Positions 1 to 13,267 are shown, counted from the whole stretch's first letter. The stretch: 63,095 nucleotides of DNA, filler included, from Octopus bimaculoides (GCF_001194135.2; 7 parts of 7 records of this genome joined end to end with filler, not necessarily neighbours in it); one strand, 5' to 3'. Numbers and translations are program-made. Notes: generated from the sequence alone by a model not told the origin.

Positions 1-128
1 AGGGGCTAAACATAGAGGGACAAACAAGGACAGACAAAGGGATTAAGTCGATTACATCGACCCCAGTGCGTAACTGGTACTTAATTTATCGACCCCGAAA
101 GGATGAAAGGCAAAGTCGACCTCGGCGG
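1..128 (-). mobile_element. 5'-truncated tRNA-SINE, family A (core GCCTTTCATCCTTTCGGGGTCGATAAATTAAGTACC)
   Basis: Core matches other copies in this window at 31338, 31562, 50777, 54496 and 59403; it resembles the MetaSINE domain as I recall it (unverified). Confidence 0.8.
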
Positions 129-556
129 TAAGGGACGACCGTGCGAACTCAAAAAGGAGAAATGGTGACGAATGGAAAAACAGAGGACTCCTTTTATTTA
201 AACGTGTCACACGGTCGAACACAAAATAATATATATCAAATATGATATACATGATATGTTATACGACGATAACATAGATGACCAGTAATGAAAAACCACA
301 ACCGTATTAGATGAATAACAGAGATATTTATTATGGCGTTAAAGATGTATTTCTGTGTGTGAGTGTGAATGCAACATATAAGAACATTATCAAAGACAGG
401 CCGTCATACAAAGAAAAGTGTGTATGTGAGTGATACATGTATGTGTATGTGAGTTATTACAGCAAATAGAAAGAGTCAATAACACGTGAGCAATTATACC
501 AGTTCTTTAGTACACTATAGGAAAAGTTCTGTATGTGAAGTTGGGGAGGCTGAGTG

Positions 557-674
557 TGGCAGAGCTGATCACTAGTTGTGATGTCGTGGCATCGATGCCG
601 GGCCGTGATTCTTGTTATACAGATGTTCGTCGTTTGGCAGAGCTTATCACTAGTTGTGTTTTGGCTTCGATGCC
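557..674. repeat. imperfect direct repeat, two ~42-nt copies, period 78
   Basis: TGGCAGAGCTGATCACTAGTTGTG...CATCGATGCC at 557 and TGGCAGAGCTTATCACTAGTTGTG...CTTCGATGCC at 635. Confidence 0.8.
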
Positions 675-840
675 AGACGTTTATCGCAGGTTGAGATCCC
701 TTGTCTGTTTATTATGTGGTGAAGCTAAGTCACCTAACAGAATCGAAGAGAGAGATGTGTGCCGCGGTGGTTTAGTTTGGTGTACATAGAAAGTCGTGTT
801 GACGCTGGTGGAGATTGATGCTTGGTAGTAATCGTGTTGG

Positions 841-983
841 TCATGACGATGATACTGGATAGTAGTCGTAGACACTTGTTGCTGATGTGGTGACGGCGGT
901 GGTCATCGTTGGCTGGACGAAGCTGTTGAAGTGGTCGCTGGCTGATTGTTGCTGCTGCTGTCGTGTGGTACACGGAACAGTCT
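841..983 (-). CDS. possible terminal exon encoding a Q/S/T-rich peptide
   Basis: Acceptor TTTCTCTTAG, then open frame TVPCTTRQQQQQSASDHFNSFVQPTMTTAVTTSATSVYDYYPVSSS*; no homology recognised and no partner exon found. Confidence 0.2.
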
Positions 984-1904
984 CTAAGAGAAACTGAACC
1001 GAGACCTTTTGTTGGGTATGAGTTGATCTATTTAAGGCGTTAAGGGGGCTCACCAGACATCNNNNNNNNNNNNNNNNNNNNNNNNNNNNNNNNNNNNNNN
1101 NNNNNNNNNNNNNNNNNNNNNNNNNNNNNNNNNNNNNNNNNNNNNNNNNNNNNNNNNNNNNNNNNNNNNNNNNNNNNNNNNNNNNNNNNNNNNNNNNNNN
1201 NNNNNNNNNNNNNNNNNNNNNNNNNNNNNNNNNNNNNNNNNNNNNNNNNNNNNNNNNNNNNNNNNNNNNNNNNNNNNNNNNNNNNNNNNNNNNNNNNNNN
1301 NNNNNNNNNNNNNNNNNNNNNNNNNNNNNNNNNNNNNNNNNNNNNNNNNNNNNNNNNNNNNNNNNNNNNNNNNNNNNNNNNNNNNNNNNNNTATATATAT
1401 ATATATATATTCTATAACTTTGTTGGTCAGCTACTGTACTTCACTTGCCGAAACTGTGACTTGAAGTCGAGCCATTTATACTTTTTGCTGTTATTTAAAT
1501 AACGGTGTAGTACAGTAGATTAAAATAAAATTTGTTGAAGTTTTACAAATATAGTTGTGCAGTAGCAGATTAATATTATAGATATCTTTGATTCTGTTTC
1601 TTAATTAAGTTTATTGCCTTCTTGACGCCATGATAAAAATAATTGTTTCTAATTTAGTCAAAAAGCTAGCAATATTGACTGGAGGTGATTAGTCGATTGC
1701 ATCAATTCTTCACTGAACTGATACTTTATTTTATCGACTCCAGATAGAAGAGATGACAAGTATAAAACAAATAATATAGTTTTCAAATATGTTCTCTCCT
1801 TAGACTACACCTTCAGTACTTACGTATGTGGAAAGAAAGGTTACAGAAAAATTTTCGCAGGTACTGTTTTTATATGACACAGAAGTGGTTTATGCAGAAA
1901 TTAT

Positions 1905-2050
1905 TATAGACTCAAAAGTAGCTGTGCGGTGAAAACCTTGCTTCCCAATCATATGGTCCGAGTTCGGTCTCACAATGTGTAACCTCAGGCCGACCAAAGC
2001 CTTTTGAGTGGATTTGGTAGACAGAAACTGAAAGAAGCACGTCGTATGTA

Positions 2051-2070
<20 letters not shown>
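1905..2070 (-). mobile_element. tRNA-SINE family B, 5' half
   Basis: Reverse complement of GGCCGACCAAAGCCTTGTGAGTGGATTTGGTAGACAGAAACTGAAAGAAG core, shared with the full copy at 41406. Confidence 0.8.
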
Positions 2071-2083
<13 letters not shown>

Positions 2084-2119
2084 GAAATGTAAATGAGTAA
2101 CAAAGATGTATGTTTCAAT

Positions 2120-2203
2120 TCATTACGGCCGTTTCGAGCGACTCTTTTAATTGATCAATGAAAGCATTGCATCACTACAAAGAAAACCCTTCTCATCAGA
2201 TGA
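2120..2203 (-). ncRNA. type I hammerhead ribozyme motif (HHR-1)
   Basis: Minus strand: UCAU-CUGAUGA-G(57-nt stem II domain)C-GAAA-CGGCCG-UA/AUGA; intact core, palindromic stem III ACGGCCGU, GUA site, 4-bp stem I. Confidence 0.7.
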
Positions 2204-2609
2204 TCGTATAGACTTCAAGCATAAAGGACAAGTTAGATATTTAAACATATTCATATCATCACTACTAGAGAGCAAATATTTATAATGATTCCGCTACTAA
2301 ATTTTTTGGCAGAATGAAAAAAAAAAGGACAGTAGAGCAACATACAAACTAGAAATTAGCGTAGGCTAGACGGAGTGGGTATGAATGAGAGTAGCGACCC
2401 TGTTATCTATGCATCGAAGACAATTGAGAGAATGTAGTGTTCAAAACATCTAAAATTAGATCATTGGGGGAGTTATAAATTAATTAGTATCATGACATAC
2501 CGTTCGACTATCAAAGAAAATGGAATTTTACATCTATATGTAGAGTATGTATGTATATATAAATACGTATATGTATATATGTGTGTGTGTATTTGTGCAT
2601 GCATTGGTT

Positions 2610-2800
2610 CCTATGCACCCCCATCACCGCTTGACAACCGGTGTTGGTGTGTTCCCATAACTTAGCGGATCGATAAAAGGGTTAGATAGAATAAGTACAA
2701 GGCCTTTAAAACAAGTTACTCTGGCTGATTCATTCGACTAAAATTCCTCACGGCATTGCCCCGGCATGGCCGCAGTCTAATGACTGAAACAAAAAATAAA
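2610..2800 (+). mobile_element. tRNA-SINE family B, 3' half
   Basis: GCTTGACAACCGGTGTTGGTGTG...CATGGCCGCAGTCTAATGACTGAAAC tail. Confidence 0.75.
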
Positions 2801-2914
2801 AGATTAAACACGAAAGAAATGTCCAAGGATGTAGACGTGACTGTGTGGCTAAGAAGAACAACTTTCACGTTGTTCCAGTTCACTCAGCTGTAGAAATGAG
2901 TCACGACATCACTG

Positions 2915-4378
2915 GTGGCTTGTTAAAGGAGGGAGGCGACACAATCTTGATGATAGACTCAGTCGATAACCGTACTCTTTCCGTATCTGACACCAGTTGT
3001 TCGACATAGGTTATCAACCCCCTCAGTTCCTTACAATGTACGAAGGCGTGCGTGACAGTTTCACTGACACGACCGTACCTCGGACATATGGATGGGATAC
3101 CAGCACTATGCCTTGACAACCTCTCTCGAACTGGCAAGGCCGATCGGTAGCACAACCAGGCCAGGGATTTCTGGAAGTTGTCCAGATACCCCGGCCCGAA
3201 TGTTCTTCCGAACAGNNNNNNNNNNNNNNNNNNNNNNNNNNNNNNNNNNNNNNNNNNNNNNNNNNNNNNNNNNNNNNNNNNNNNNNNNNNNNNNNNNNNN
3301 NNNNNNNNNNNNNNNNNNNNNNNNNNNNNNNNNNNNNNNNNNNNNNNNNNNNNNNNNNNNNNNNNNNNNNNNNNNNNNNNNNNNNNNNNNNNNNNNNNNN
3401 NNNNNNNNNNNNNNNNNNNNNNNNNNNNNNNNNNNNNNNNNNNNNNNNNNNNNNNNNNNNNNNNNNNNNNNNNNNNNNNNNNNNNNNNNNNNNNNNNNNN
3501 NNNNNNNNNNNNNNNNNNNNNNNNNNNNNNNNNNNNNNNNNNNNNNNNNNNNNNNNNNNNNNNNNNNNNNNNNNNNNNNNNNNNNNNNNNNNNNNNNNNN
3601 NNNNNNNNNNNNNNNNNNNNNNNNNNNNNNNNNNNNNNNNNNNNNNNNNNNNNNNNNNNNNNNNNNNNNNNNNNNNNNNNNNNNNNNNNNNNNNNNNNNN
3701 NNNNNNNNNNNNNNNNNNNNNNNNNNNNNNNNNNNNNNNNNNNNNNNNNNNNNNNNNNNNNNNNNNNNNNNNNNNNNNNNNNNNNNNNNNNNNNNNNNNN
3801 NNNNNNNNNNNNNNNNNNNNNNNNNNNNNNNNNNNNNNNNNNNNNNNNNNNNNNNNNNNNNNNNNNNNNNNNNNNNNNNNNNNNNNNNNNNNNNNNNNNN
3901 NNNNNNNNNNNNNNNNNNNNNNNNNNNNNNNNNNNNNNNNNNNNNNNNNNNNNNNNNNNNNNNNNNNNNNNNNNNNNNNNNNNNNNNNNNNNATCTGGAG
4001 ATCTGGTCCAAACCAGACTCCGAAAAATTTAACCGGGCCCTCTGTCCAACGTCCTACGACGCTATTGGGGGACATCGACTTGCCCCTCCAGGTGCCGAGT
4101 TGCAAGCCGACTGATTTTCCCTGGTTAATTTTTGCTCCTGCCACCGCTTCGTATCTTTTGATGGCGTCTTCTACACGAGGTAGCTGCCCTTCATCAGACA
4201 CAATGATGGTGACATCACCCGCATATGCCGTCGCTCCTCTACCATAACATAAATCACGCGGGTTTTCCCCCCGTGACCTCCAACCTCCGCAGCAGTGGCT
4301 CAAGAGCCAATACATACAGAAGCGGGGACAGGGGGGAAACCCTGGCGAACTGAACGCTCGATCGCGAACGTCTACTCT
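2915..4378 (-). mobile_element. L1/Tx1-clade LINE ORF2 fragment (RT and C-terminal zinc knuckle), gapped and decayed
   Basis: Translations SVRQGFPLSPLLYVLALEPLL, AYAGDVT (YADD mutated), KINQGKS and CPRYGRVSETVTHAFVHC. Confidence 0.85.
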
Positions 4379-5726
4379 ATGCCTGAAATGAAGTCACTAC
4401 AGCTCTGTTTCCAGTATTTAGATCAGTAAGAGACTTCGGTCTCCGAATAACTTCGTTCTTTAGTCCCACCAGCCTCGAAGGTCCTGAAGAGTGTCATGGG
4501 AGTTGCACTCTCCCATGACTCATTCAAAATAAATAGTTTTCTGGTATCAGCGAATACATACGTGTAATGTGTGTGTGTGTGTGTGTGTGTGAAATTAAAT
4601 ATATGGTGTAGGCTGTGATCAACATATGCATGTGCTCCATTATAGTCCTAACCACTGGCTCAAACGAGTAAAAGCGTATATATTAAATAAAATGACACGC
4701 ATATTAACAATTGTGAGAGGGGGTGGGGTGCTGAACAATTCCTGCCTTTAAGGGTGTCGCGAAAGGCCTGACTGGAGGTCCAACCTTCCTAGTTCTTTTA
4801 CAGGGCTTAAGNNNNNNNNNNNNNNNNNNNNNNNNNNNNNNNNNNNNNNNNNNNNNNNNNNNNNNNNNNNNNNNNNNNNNNNNNNNNNNNNNNNNNNNNN
4901 NNNNNNNNNNNNNNNNNNNNNNNNNNNNNNNNNNNNNNNNNNNNNNNNNNNNNNNNNNNNNNNNNNNNNNNNNNNNNNNNNNNNNNNNNNNNNNNNNNNN
5001 NNNNNNNNNNNNNNNNNNNNNNNNNNNNNNNNNNNNNNNNNNNNNNNNNNNNNNNNNNNNNNNNNNNNNNNNNNNNNNNNNNNNNNNNNNNNNNNNNNNN
5101 NNNNNNNNNNNNNNNNNNNNNNNNNNNNNNNNNNNNNNNNNNNNNNNNNNNNNNNNNNNNNNNNNNNNNNNNNNNNNNNNNNNNNNNNNNNNNNNNNNNN
5201 NNNNNNNNNNNNNNNNNNNNNNNNNNNNNNNNNNNNNNNNNNNNNNNNNNNNNNNNNNNNNNNNNNNNNNNNNNNNNNNNNNNNNNNNNNNNNNNNNNNN
5301 NNNNNNNNNNNNNNNNNNNNNNNNNNNNNNNNNNNNNNNNNNNNNNNNNNNNNNNNNNNNNNNNNNNNNNNNNNNNNNNNNNNNNNNNNNNNNNNNNNNN
5401 NNNNNNNNNNNNNNNNNNNNNNNNNNNNNNNNNNNNNNNNNNNNNNNNNNNNNNNNNNNNNNNNNNNNNNNNNNNNNNNNNNNNNNNNNNNNNNNNNNNN
5501 NNNNNNNNNNNNNNNNNNNNNNNNNNNNNNNAGTAATTTGAACCTAAAGCTTGAAGAAATGTCATTTAACATGCTGCTGGCTCGCCGCTTTAAGTGTATG
5601 TTAATTTTAAAGGAATTTGAAAGATAATACATCATTTATTCCCAACTAATTGTAGAGTCAAATCTCTAATTAGTTTTGACCGCGACTTTCAGTTGTGACA
5701 AACGGCTTATATATTGTATGAATATG

Positions 5727-5946
5727 CAGTAATCCCTCGACTATAGCGGATGTTACGTTCCAAAACCCACCGCGATAGCTGAAAATCTGTGAAGTAGAAA
5801 CAGTACTGTACTGGATATTTTTTAAAAAATTATTTCTATAATTTGTATGTATTCATTTTATTATAAATGCAAAACAACACACCATTGAGGAATCGAAGTA
5901 AGCTTAAACCGCGATAGATGAACCGCGATATGGCGAAGGATTACTG
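5727..5946. mobile_element. Tc1/mariner (pogo/Tigger-like) MITE, 220 bp
   Basis: Imperfect TIRs CAGTAATCCCTCGACTATAGCGG / CCGCGATATGGCGAAGGATTACTG with internal CCGCGATA repeats; TG rather than TA on both flanks. Confidence 0.75.
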
Positions 5947-6791
5947 TGTATACATATAAATAATGTATGTATGTATGTATGTGAATATACGTGTGTGTGT
6001 GTGTGTGTAGTCATTCAGATAACTATAAAGACATTATTATATGCTTTGAGCCGAAAATATAAGGACGCAGACAGTGCGTCGATAGCCAGCTGGAGACGGT
6101 GTTTTCTGGGGTTAAATAACAGTAACATTCGTCCTAATCAGGACTGCTACATTATGTTGGCANNNNNNNNNNAATTGTTTTTGTTTCAGCACACGATCTC
6201 AGATCAAGTCACTTGCTATGCATGTACCTCTCCGTAATTATTATATCGCTTTTATACATTCTCAAACTCAAGCTAAAGAGACATTGTTCTACTTTTTAAA
6301 CCGGCAGCAACTTTTGTCGAAGTTTTGCTTTAACTTCTGAAATCATTTGTAATTAATTACCGTTAACAGTAAAGTTGGTTAATTAACTGTTAATTAATAG
6401 AAAAGTTAAAGCAAAGCAAATTACGAAAACTACGAAAACGGAAACAAAGTGACAAACTTAAGAGAAGCAAAACTAGAGAGACATAGAGAGAGGGGGGGAG
6501 GGAGAAAAAAGTGAGTTAAAAACATAGAGTAGATGTTGTGGGGAAAGAGAGTGAGGGGCAGAGGTGATGGAGGAGCATTAAGTGAAAGAGAGAGGGAGTA
6601 AAAGAGTGCGCGTGCTGAAGTGTGCGTACAAGTTAGAAACAGTACCGTCACACATGTCTGTAGGATAACTTTTAGTTGAGGTAAGTGTATATAATATTCA
6701 CGTATTTACATATACAATATCTATATGCATACATATGATCATGTATGTATATCATTATATATATATATATGATTATATGTGTCTGTATATA

Positions 6792-6835
<44 letters not shown>

Positions 6836-7702
6836 NNNNNNNNNNNNNNNNNNNNNNNNNNNNNNNNNNNNNNNNNNNNNNNNNNNNNNNNNNNNNNNNN
6901 NNNNNNNNNNNNNNNNNNNNNNNNNNNNNNNNNNNNNNNNNNNNNNNNNNNNNNNNNNNNNNNNNNNNNNNNNNNNNNNNNNNNNNNNNNNNNNNNNNNN
7001 NNNNNNNNNNNNNNNNNNNNNNNNNNNNNNNNNNNNNNNNNNNNNNNNNNNNNNNNNNNNNNNNNNNNNNNNNNNNNNNNNNNNNNNNNNNNNNNNNNNN
7101 NNNNNNNNNNNNNNNNNNNNNNNNNNNNNNNNNNNNNNNNNNNNNNNNNNNNNNNNNNNNNNNNNNNNNNNNNNNNNNNNNNNNNNNNNNNNNNNNNNNN
7201 NNNNNNNNNNNNNNNNNNNNNNNNNNNNNNNNNNNNNNNNNNNNNNNNNNNNNNNNNNNNNNNNNNNNNNNNNNNNNNNNNNNNNNNNNNNNNNNNNNNN
7301 NNNNNNNNNNNNNNNNNNNNNNNNNNNNNNNNNNNNNNNNNNNNNNNNNNNNNNNNNNNNNNNNNNNNNNNNNNNNNNNNNNNNNNNNNNNNNNNNNNNN
7401 NNNNNNNNNNNNNNNNNNNNNNNNNNNNNNNNNNNNNNNNNNNNNNNNNNNNNNNNNNNNNNNNNNNNNNNNNNNNNNNNNNNNNNNNNNNNNNNNNNNN
7501 NNNNNNNNNNNNNNNNNNNNNNNNNNNNNNNNNNNNNNNNNNNNNNNNNNNNNNNNNNNNNNNNNNNNNNNNNNNNNNNNNNNNNNNNNNNNNNNNNNNN
7601 NNNNNNNNNNNNNNNNNNNNNNNNNNNNNNNNNNNNNNNNNNNNNNNATTTGACTGCTATTTCTAGCAGATCGAGTAACTGAGTAGAGGCTTTTACGCTG
7701 GC

Positions 7703-7733
<31 letters not shown>

Positions 7734-8724
7734 AGTTGTTTGTGTACGTGGACTTACTTATGTATTGATAATCTATGGTCTTTTAATATTATTAACCATG
7801 TATCTCGAATCTAAATATCTATTTACATGTATTTACTCAAGTATGTATACATGTGCGTAAAATTAAGTAGGTTAATATATATACAACATAGCCAGTAATG
7901 TTTGTGTGTGTATGTATGTATGTACGTGTATGTACGTGTGTTATATAGTAGATAGACAGACAGACAGATAGAGCCAGCGAAAGAAGTCAGGGTGAAATAG
8001 GCAGTGAGAGACAGAGATAGACAGGCGGATCAATAAACTGATCGAAGGACAGATCAATTACTAGTTGAGAATATCTTGAGACCAGTGCTCTTTTATTCTT
8101 TTTGTTTTCCGTACAAAGATTGTAGTCTATTGAATTTAACCTTAGTATATTACTGTTACACATTTTATCAGTCACTACGGGATTATATATACATATATAT
8201 ATAAAGTAATGTCCACAGCAGGTTTGATCTCAGAACGTTGGGAAAAAAGTTTTATAAAGTATTTTTTGTATAACACAACTGTTTCTCTCAACTTATTCTC
8301 TTTGCTATTTAGCTTCTTCTTTTTATTGCATGAGCGAATCCTCGGTATCTGGATTGTGTTTGCGCTACTTTCTTCGCAGTAACGCCTGTTGACTTAAACA
8401 TCGGGATAGTCGGGAATGAAGGGTGTGTGAAGAGATCGTGACTAAGAGTGGCCGAAAAGGAATGAGTGCGGATGTACTATATCAAAAGTCTCAAGTAAAC
8501 ACACACACACATGCATGCATGTAACCACATTACATTAAAGTCTACATTTGGTTTTTTTTCTTCTTCTGTTTATATATATAATGTATACATACACATACCT
8601 ACACAAGTGTGCCCGCACCGCCCATTTTGTTTTCTCGTAACTTTTAGAAAAATAGATACTTTGTAATGAAATTCTCTACAAATTACCCTTCAGTTGTTGT
8701 AGATAATAATTATATCGGAATTTA

Positions 8725-8769
<45 letters not shown>

Positions 8770-9555
8770 GCGCGCGTATATATGCATATGCGTGTGTTTT
8801 ACCACATTGCATTACATTCTACTCTTGTATTCTTGTTTTCGATATAGCAAAACAAACTCTGTGTGTGTGTAAAATCAAAATATTTATCAATGGACTGAAG
8901 TTTCTTCGTCGATACTGGTTCCTCAAACTATTTTGGTTAAGGCACTATCGATGAAATTTCGAACAGCCACTACTGTGGTCAATATATATATTAAACACAC
9001 ACATCCGAGGCCTTCGTATCTCTGGTTACGACATTTGCTTATGGAAATTCATTCCAAATATGTAGGCCCTGGACACGGTTTGGAAGAACAGCAGTTTCCC
9101 CTTACATGCTAGTATCTCCCTCCCTTCCACTCCACTGATATTATCCGAGGGGATTACATTTAGTTACACCCTTTCAATGCTTGTCATTTCACATCTCATC
9201 GAGGACGACTTTTGTCTATCTTTCTTCCGGGACGAATTGTTGATGAAAACATACAACAGATTGTGTGCTGGAGACGAGGGATTGATTTCACTAAAACCGA
9301 AGGAAAAAAACTGCTAGAAATTGTTAACTCTTGAACTGGCAGAATCATTGGAGTGTATTTGTTCCAGTTACGAATTTCAAATTCCGCTGAGGTTATCTTT
9401 GTCTGGTGTGCATGTAATCGACTAGCCCCACCTTCTCTCAAAAGTCACTGGCCTTAGAAATAACGGCATCCCTGTAGAATAGAGTCGGAAATTGTTTAGT
9501 GCACTATAATTTCTTCGGATCTGCACGTTTTAAGTATCGTAGATTGCAAATCTGC

Positions 9556-9621
<66 letters not shown>

Positions 9622-10872
9622 AAGAAAATGGAGAGTTTTAACAGATAAACATAAATTTATTAACATATCGTCATTTCTCTATTATATATTATTGNNNNNN
9701 NNNNNNNNNNNNNNNNNNNNNNNNNNNNNNNNNNNNNNNNNNNNNNNNNNNNNNNNNNNNNNNNNNNNNNNNNNNNNNNNNNNNNNNNNNNNNNNNNNNN
9801 NNNNNNNNNNNNNNNNNNNNNNNNNNNNNNNNNNNNNNNNNNNNNNNNNNNNNNNNNNNNNNNNNNNNNNNNNNNNNNNNNNNNNNNNNNNNNNNNNNNN
9901 NNNNNNNNNNNNNNNNNNNNNNNNNNNNNNNNNNNNNNNNNNNNNNNNNNNNNNNNNNNNNNNNNNNNNNNNNNNNNNNNNNNNNNNNNNNNNNAAAAAA
10001 AAAAAAAATCAAGTAGGAGGGATGCTTTGCTTTCTACAAATGTGTTTTGTAATCTATCATGCTTAAAGCATACAAATCCGGAAAAAAATTACGTTTTTGG
10101 CGCACTAGATAATTTCTGACTTTATTCTAAAGGAATGCCGAAACCTCTCTGTTATATTTTCTCTGCAACTTTGCTCGTCCTGCTAGAAACAACAAAACTC
10201 GCGCAAATTACACCATACTATCTTCGAAAAAAAAAAGAAAGAAAAAAAAAGGTTGGAGGAAGACATATTAGACAATATAGTCTTAGATACACTATATTTA
10301 GGAAAATAGGCAGAGCCGTCACGGTTTGGAAAGCCTTTTGGTCTTCTCAATCCGAACTGATCAGGGGCTGACAACAAGTACGTCAATGAAAGTGAATTGT
10401 TGATGTTATCTCTGTTTCTATCTCTTTTTGGCTTTGTCTTTGGTGATCGCACGTTACATTCCTGGCAAATTACATCTGTCAAAGATCCTCTCTTCACGAT
10501 TCCACATTCTTTATAATCATAGGTATTATATCATAAAGGATTAAATAATATTTTTTATTTATTTATATATTTATTGAAGGTAAGTACTGCAGGTGAGAGG
10601 GTTAGCTTTCTTGCAACAACCAACGTAATATATATAAATAACGTTAAAGGTGACTCACTAATTAACAGTTAGTCGTGTTGATTATTGACATCAATTATTG
10701 TGCTGGACTTCGGTACTTACATGTCTAAAAATACATAATCTTCCTTGTTTATTTTAGTACATGTCTGTACGTTTGTATGTAACTTTGAGTTTTACATATC
10801 TCTTGACATGCTTTTACTGCCGATCTATATCAACCCTCCTCTGTTTTACTTCCCCCTTCTCTCTTTCACTCT

Positions 10873-10907
<35 letters not shown>

Positions 10908-11609
10908 NNNNNNNNNNNNNNNNNNNNNNNNNNNNNNNNNNNNNNNNNNNNNNNNNNNNNNNNNNNNNNNNNNNNNNNNNNNNNNNNNNNNNNNNNNNNN
11001 NNNNNNNNNNNNNNNNNNNNNNNNNNNNNNNNNNNNNNNNNNNNNNNNNNNNNNNNNNNNNNNNNNNNNNNNNNNNNNNNNNNNNNNNNNNNNNNNNNNN
11101 NNNNNNNNNNNNNNNNNNNNNNNNNNNNNNNNNNNNNNNNNNNNNNNNNNNNNNNNNNNNNNNNNNNNNNNNNNNNNNNNNNNNNNNNNNNNNNNNNNNN
11201 NNNNNNNNNNNNNNNNNNNNNNNNNNNNNNNNNNNNNNNNNNNNNNNNNNNNNNNNNNNNNNNNNNNNNNNNNNNNNNNNNNNNNNNNNNNNNNNNNNNN
11301 NNNNNNNNNNNNNNNNNNNNNNNNNNNNNNNNNNNNNNNNNNNNNNNNNNNNNNNNNNNNNNNNNNNNNNNNNNNNNNNNNNNNNNNNNNNNNNNNNNNN
11401 NNNNNNNNNNNNNNNNNNNNNNNNNNNNNNNNNNNNNNNNNNNNNNNNNNNNNNNNNNNNNNNNNNNNNNNNNNNNNNNNNNNNNNNNNNNNNNNNNNNN
11501 NNNNNNNNNNNNNNNNNNNNNNNNNNNNNNNNNNNNNNNNNNNNNNNNNNNNNNNNNNNNNNNNNNNNNNNNNNNNNNNNNNNNNNNNNNNNNNNNNNNN
11601 NNNNNNNNN

Positions 11610-11905
11610 GTAGATCATGGCATGATAGTCATAAGCTATGAGACCTTCGCATTGCTGGTAAACTGGGAGAGTGGCTGCATGACTTCTTTAAAAACAGAAA
11701 TCAGGTAGTTAGAGCCAATGGCGCCCTTTCTGAGGAAACTCATATCCTAAGTGGTATCCCCAAGGGGACTGCTCTGGGGCCATTTCTGTTCATAGCAGCC
11801 CTCTTAGACATACCCACAGTCACTCGGACAGCCACTGTTACTAGCTATGCCGATGACACAAAATTATCACAGGCAATAAAAAAACCAAGATGATGTCACA
11901 AGCTT
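11610..11905 (+). mobile_element. CR1/L2-clade LINE RT fragment
   Basis: Frameshifted translation DHG..GKLGEWLHDFFKNRNQVVRANGALS..SGIP-GTALGPFLF..SYADDTKL. Confidence 0.85.
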
Positions 11906-12115
11906 ACAGCTGGAAAACAATCAGGAAGGGCTACTAAGCCTAGTCGAGTTGAGTTGGTGAACGCAGAGGAACAAGCTCTGACAGGAGACAGACAAGAATG
12001 CGTCTTATCCATGTGGCTGATCAGAGAGAAAGAAAGAAATTCAAGTTAGGAACAGAAAGATGGCTGATGGTCACATGTGAGCAACGAGAGAGCAAAGGCG
12101 AAAGAGTGAGGGAGA

Positions 12116-12150
<35 letters not shown>

Positions 12151-12250
12151 NNNNNNNNNNNNNNNNNNNNNNNNNNNNNNNNNNNNNNNNNNNNNNNNNN
12201 NNNNNNNNNNNNNNNNNNNNNNNNNNNNNNNNNNNNNNNNNNNNNNNNNN

Positions 12251-12949
12251 CTGCCTCTTTGATTCCAGTTCATAATGATGAACCCATGTTTCATCACCTG
12301 GTACAAGCCTTCGAAAGAAGGATATTGTTTCTTTGACTTTGTTTGAGAACTTCAGTGCAGACATTGACCCTGTCAGTCTTGCATTCGGTAATCAGCTCTC
12401 TCGGTACCCAACGGACATACACTTTTGAAAAGCCAAGTGATTCGACAATGTTGTAAGCACTTCCATGGCTCACTTCAAGGTTTTCTGCCAACTCATCAAG
12501 AGTTATGCTGATCGAGTCTTCTCTGATCAGAGCATCTGTTTTTGCTTTATTAGCAGGATTCATAGAAGCAGATGGATGGCCAGAATGGGGTTTATCGGCT
12601 ACACTCACAGTACCTACCTTTCTATCTTTCAGACGATGGACCCACCTGCATACATTGCTATAGTCTAAAGTATTGTCCTCAAAGACATTTTGTAATTGTT
12701 GGTGAATGTTCACAGGGGTTTCCTCCTCAGCAACACGAAATTCAATCACTGCTCTTTGTTTTTGACGTAACTCTAAGGGGCCAGCCATTTTGAATTTTCC
12801 TTACCAGTCTAAAAACCTAAAAAGTAAGAAACAAAATATTTCAGAACGTAAATGATATAATCATTTATGACTGGGAAAATTTTCAGCAATCTTTATCAAA
12901 AACTTCACATGAAATAAAGAAAATGGCATTACTTTTTGACTCACCCTCG
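12251..12949 (-). mobile_element. mariner transposon 5' half with transposase pseudogene
   Basis: ORF 12788-12294 QKQRAVIEF..VRWVPRELIT, then GDETWVHHYE in a shifted frame; TIR CGAGGGTGAGTCAAAAAGTAATGCC at 12949; gaps on both sides. Confidence 0.9.
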
Positions 12950-13221
12950 NNNNNNNNNNNNNNNNNNNNNNNNNNNNNNNNNNNNNNNNNNNNNNNNNNN
13001 NNNNNNNNNNNNNNNNNNNNNNNNNNNNNNNNNNNNNNNNNNNNNNNNNNNNNNNNNNNNNNNNNNNNNNNNNNNNNNNNNNNNNNNNNNNNNNNNNNNN
13101 NNNNNNNNNNNNNNNNNNNNNNNNNNNNNNNNNNNNNNNNNNNNNNNNNNNNNNNNNNNNNNNNNNNNNNNNNNNNNNNNNNNNNNNNNNNNNNNNNNNN
13201 NNNNNNNNNNNNNNNNNNNNN

Positions 13222-13267
<46 letters not shown>

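Noticed and set aside
5644-5675. 12-bp AT-rich hairpin
   Set aside because: Low-complexity stem expected by chance in AT-rich DNA.
5775-5815. CTGAAAA..GAAACAGTACTGTA hammerhead look-alike
   Set aside because: Core G8 is missing, stem II does not pair, and it lies within ordinary MITE internal repeats.
10135-10590. Short ORFs and an AAG/GTAAGT donor-like site
   Set aside because: No coherent exon or recognisable protein; such motifs occur by chance.
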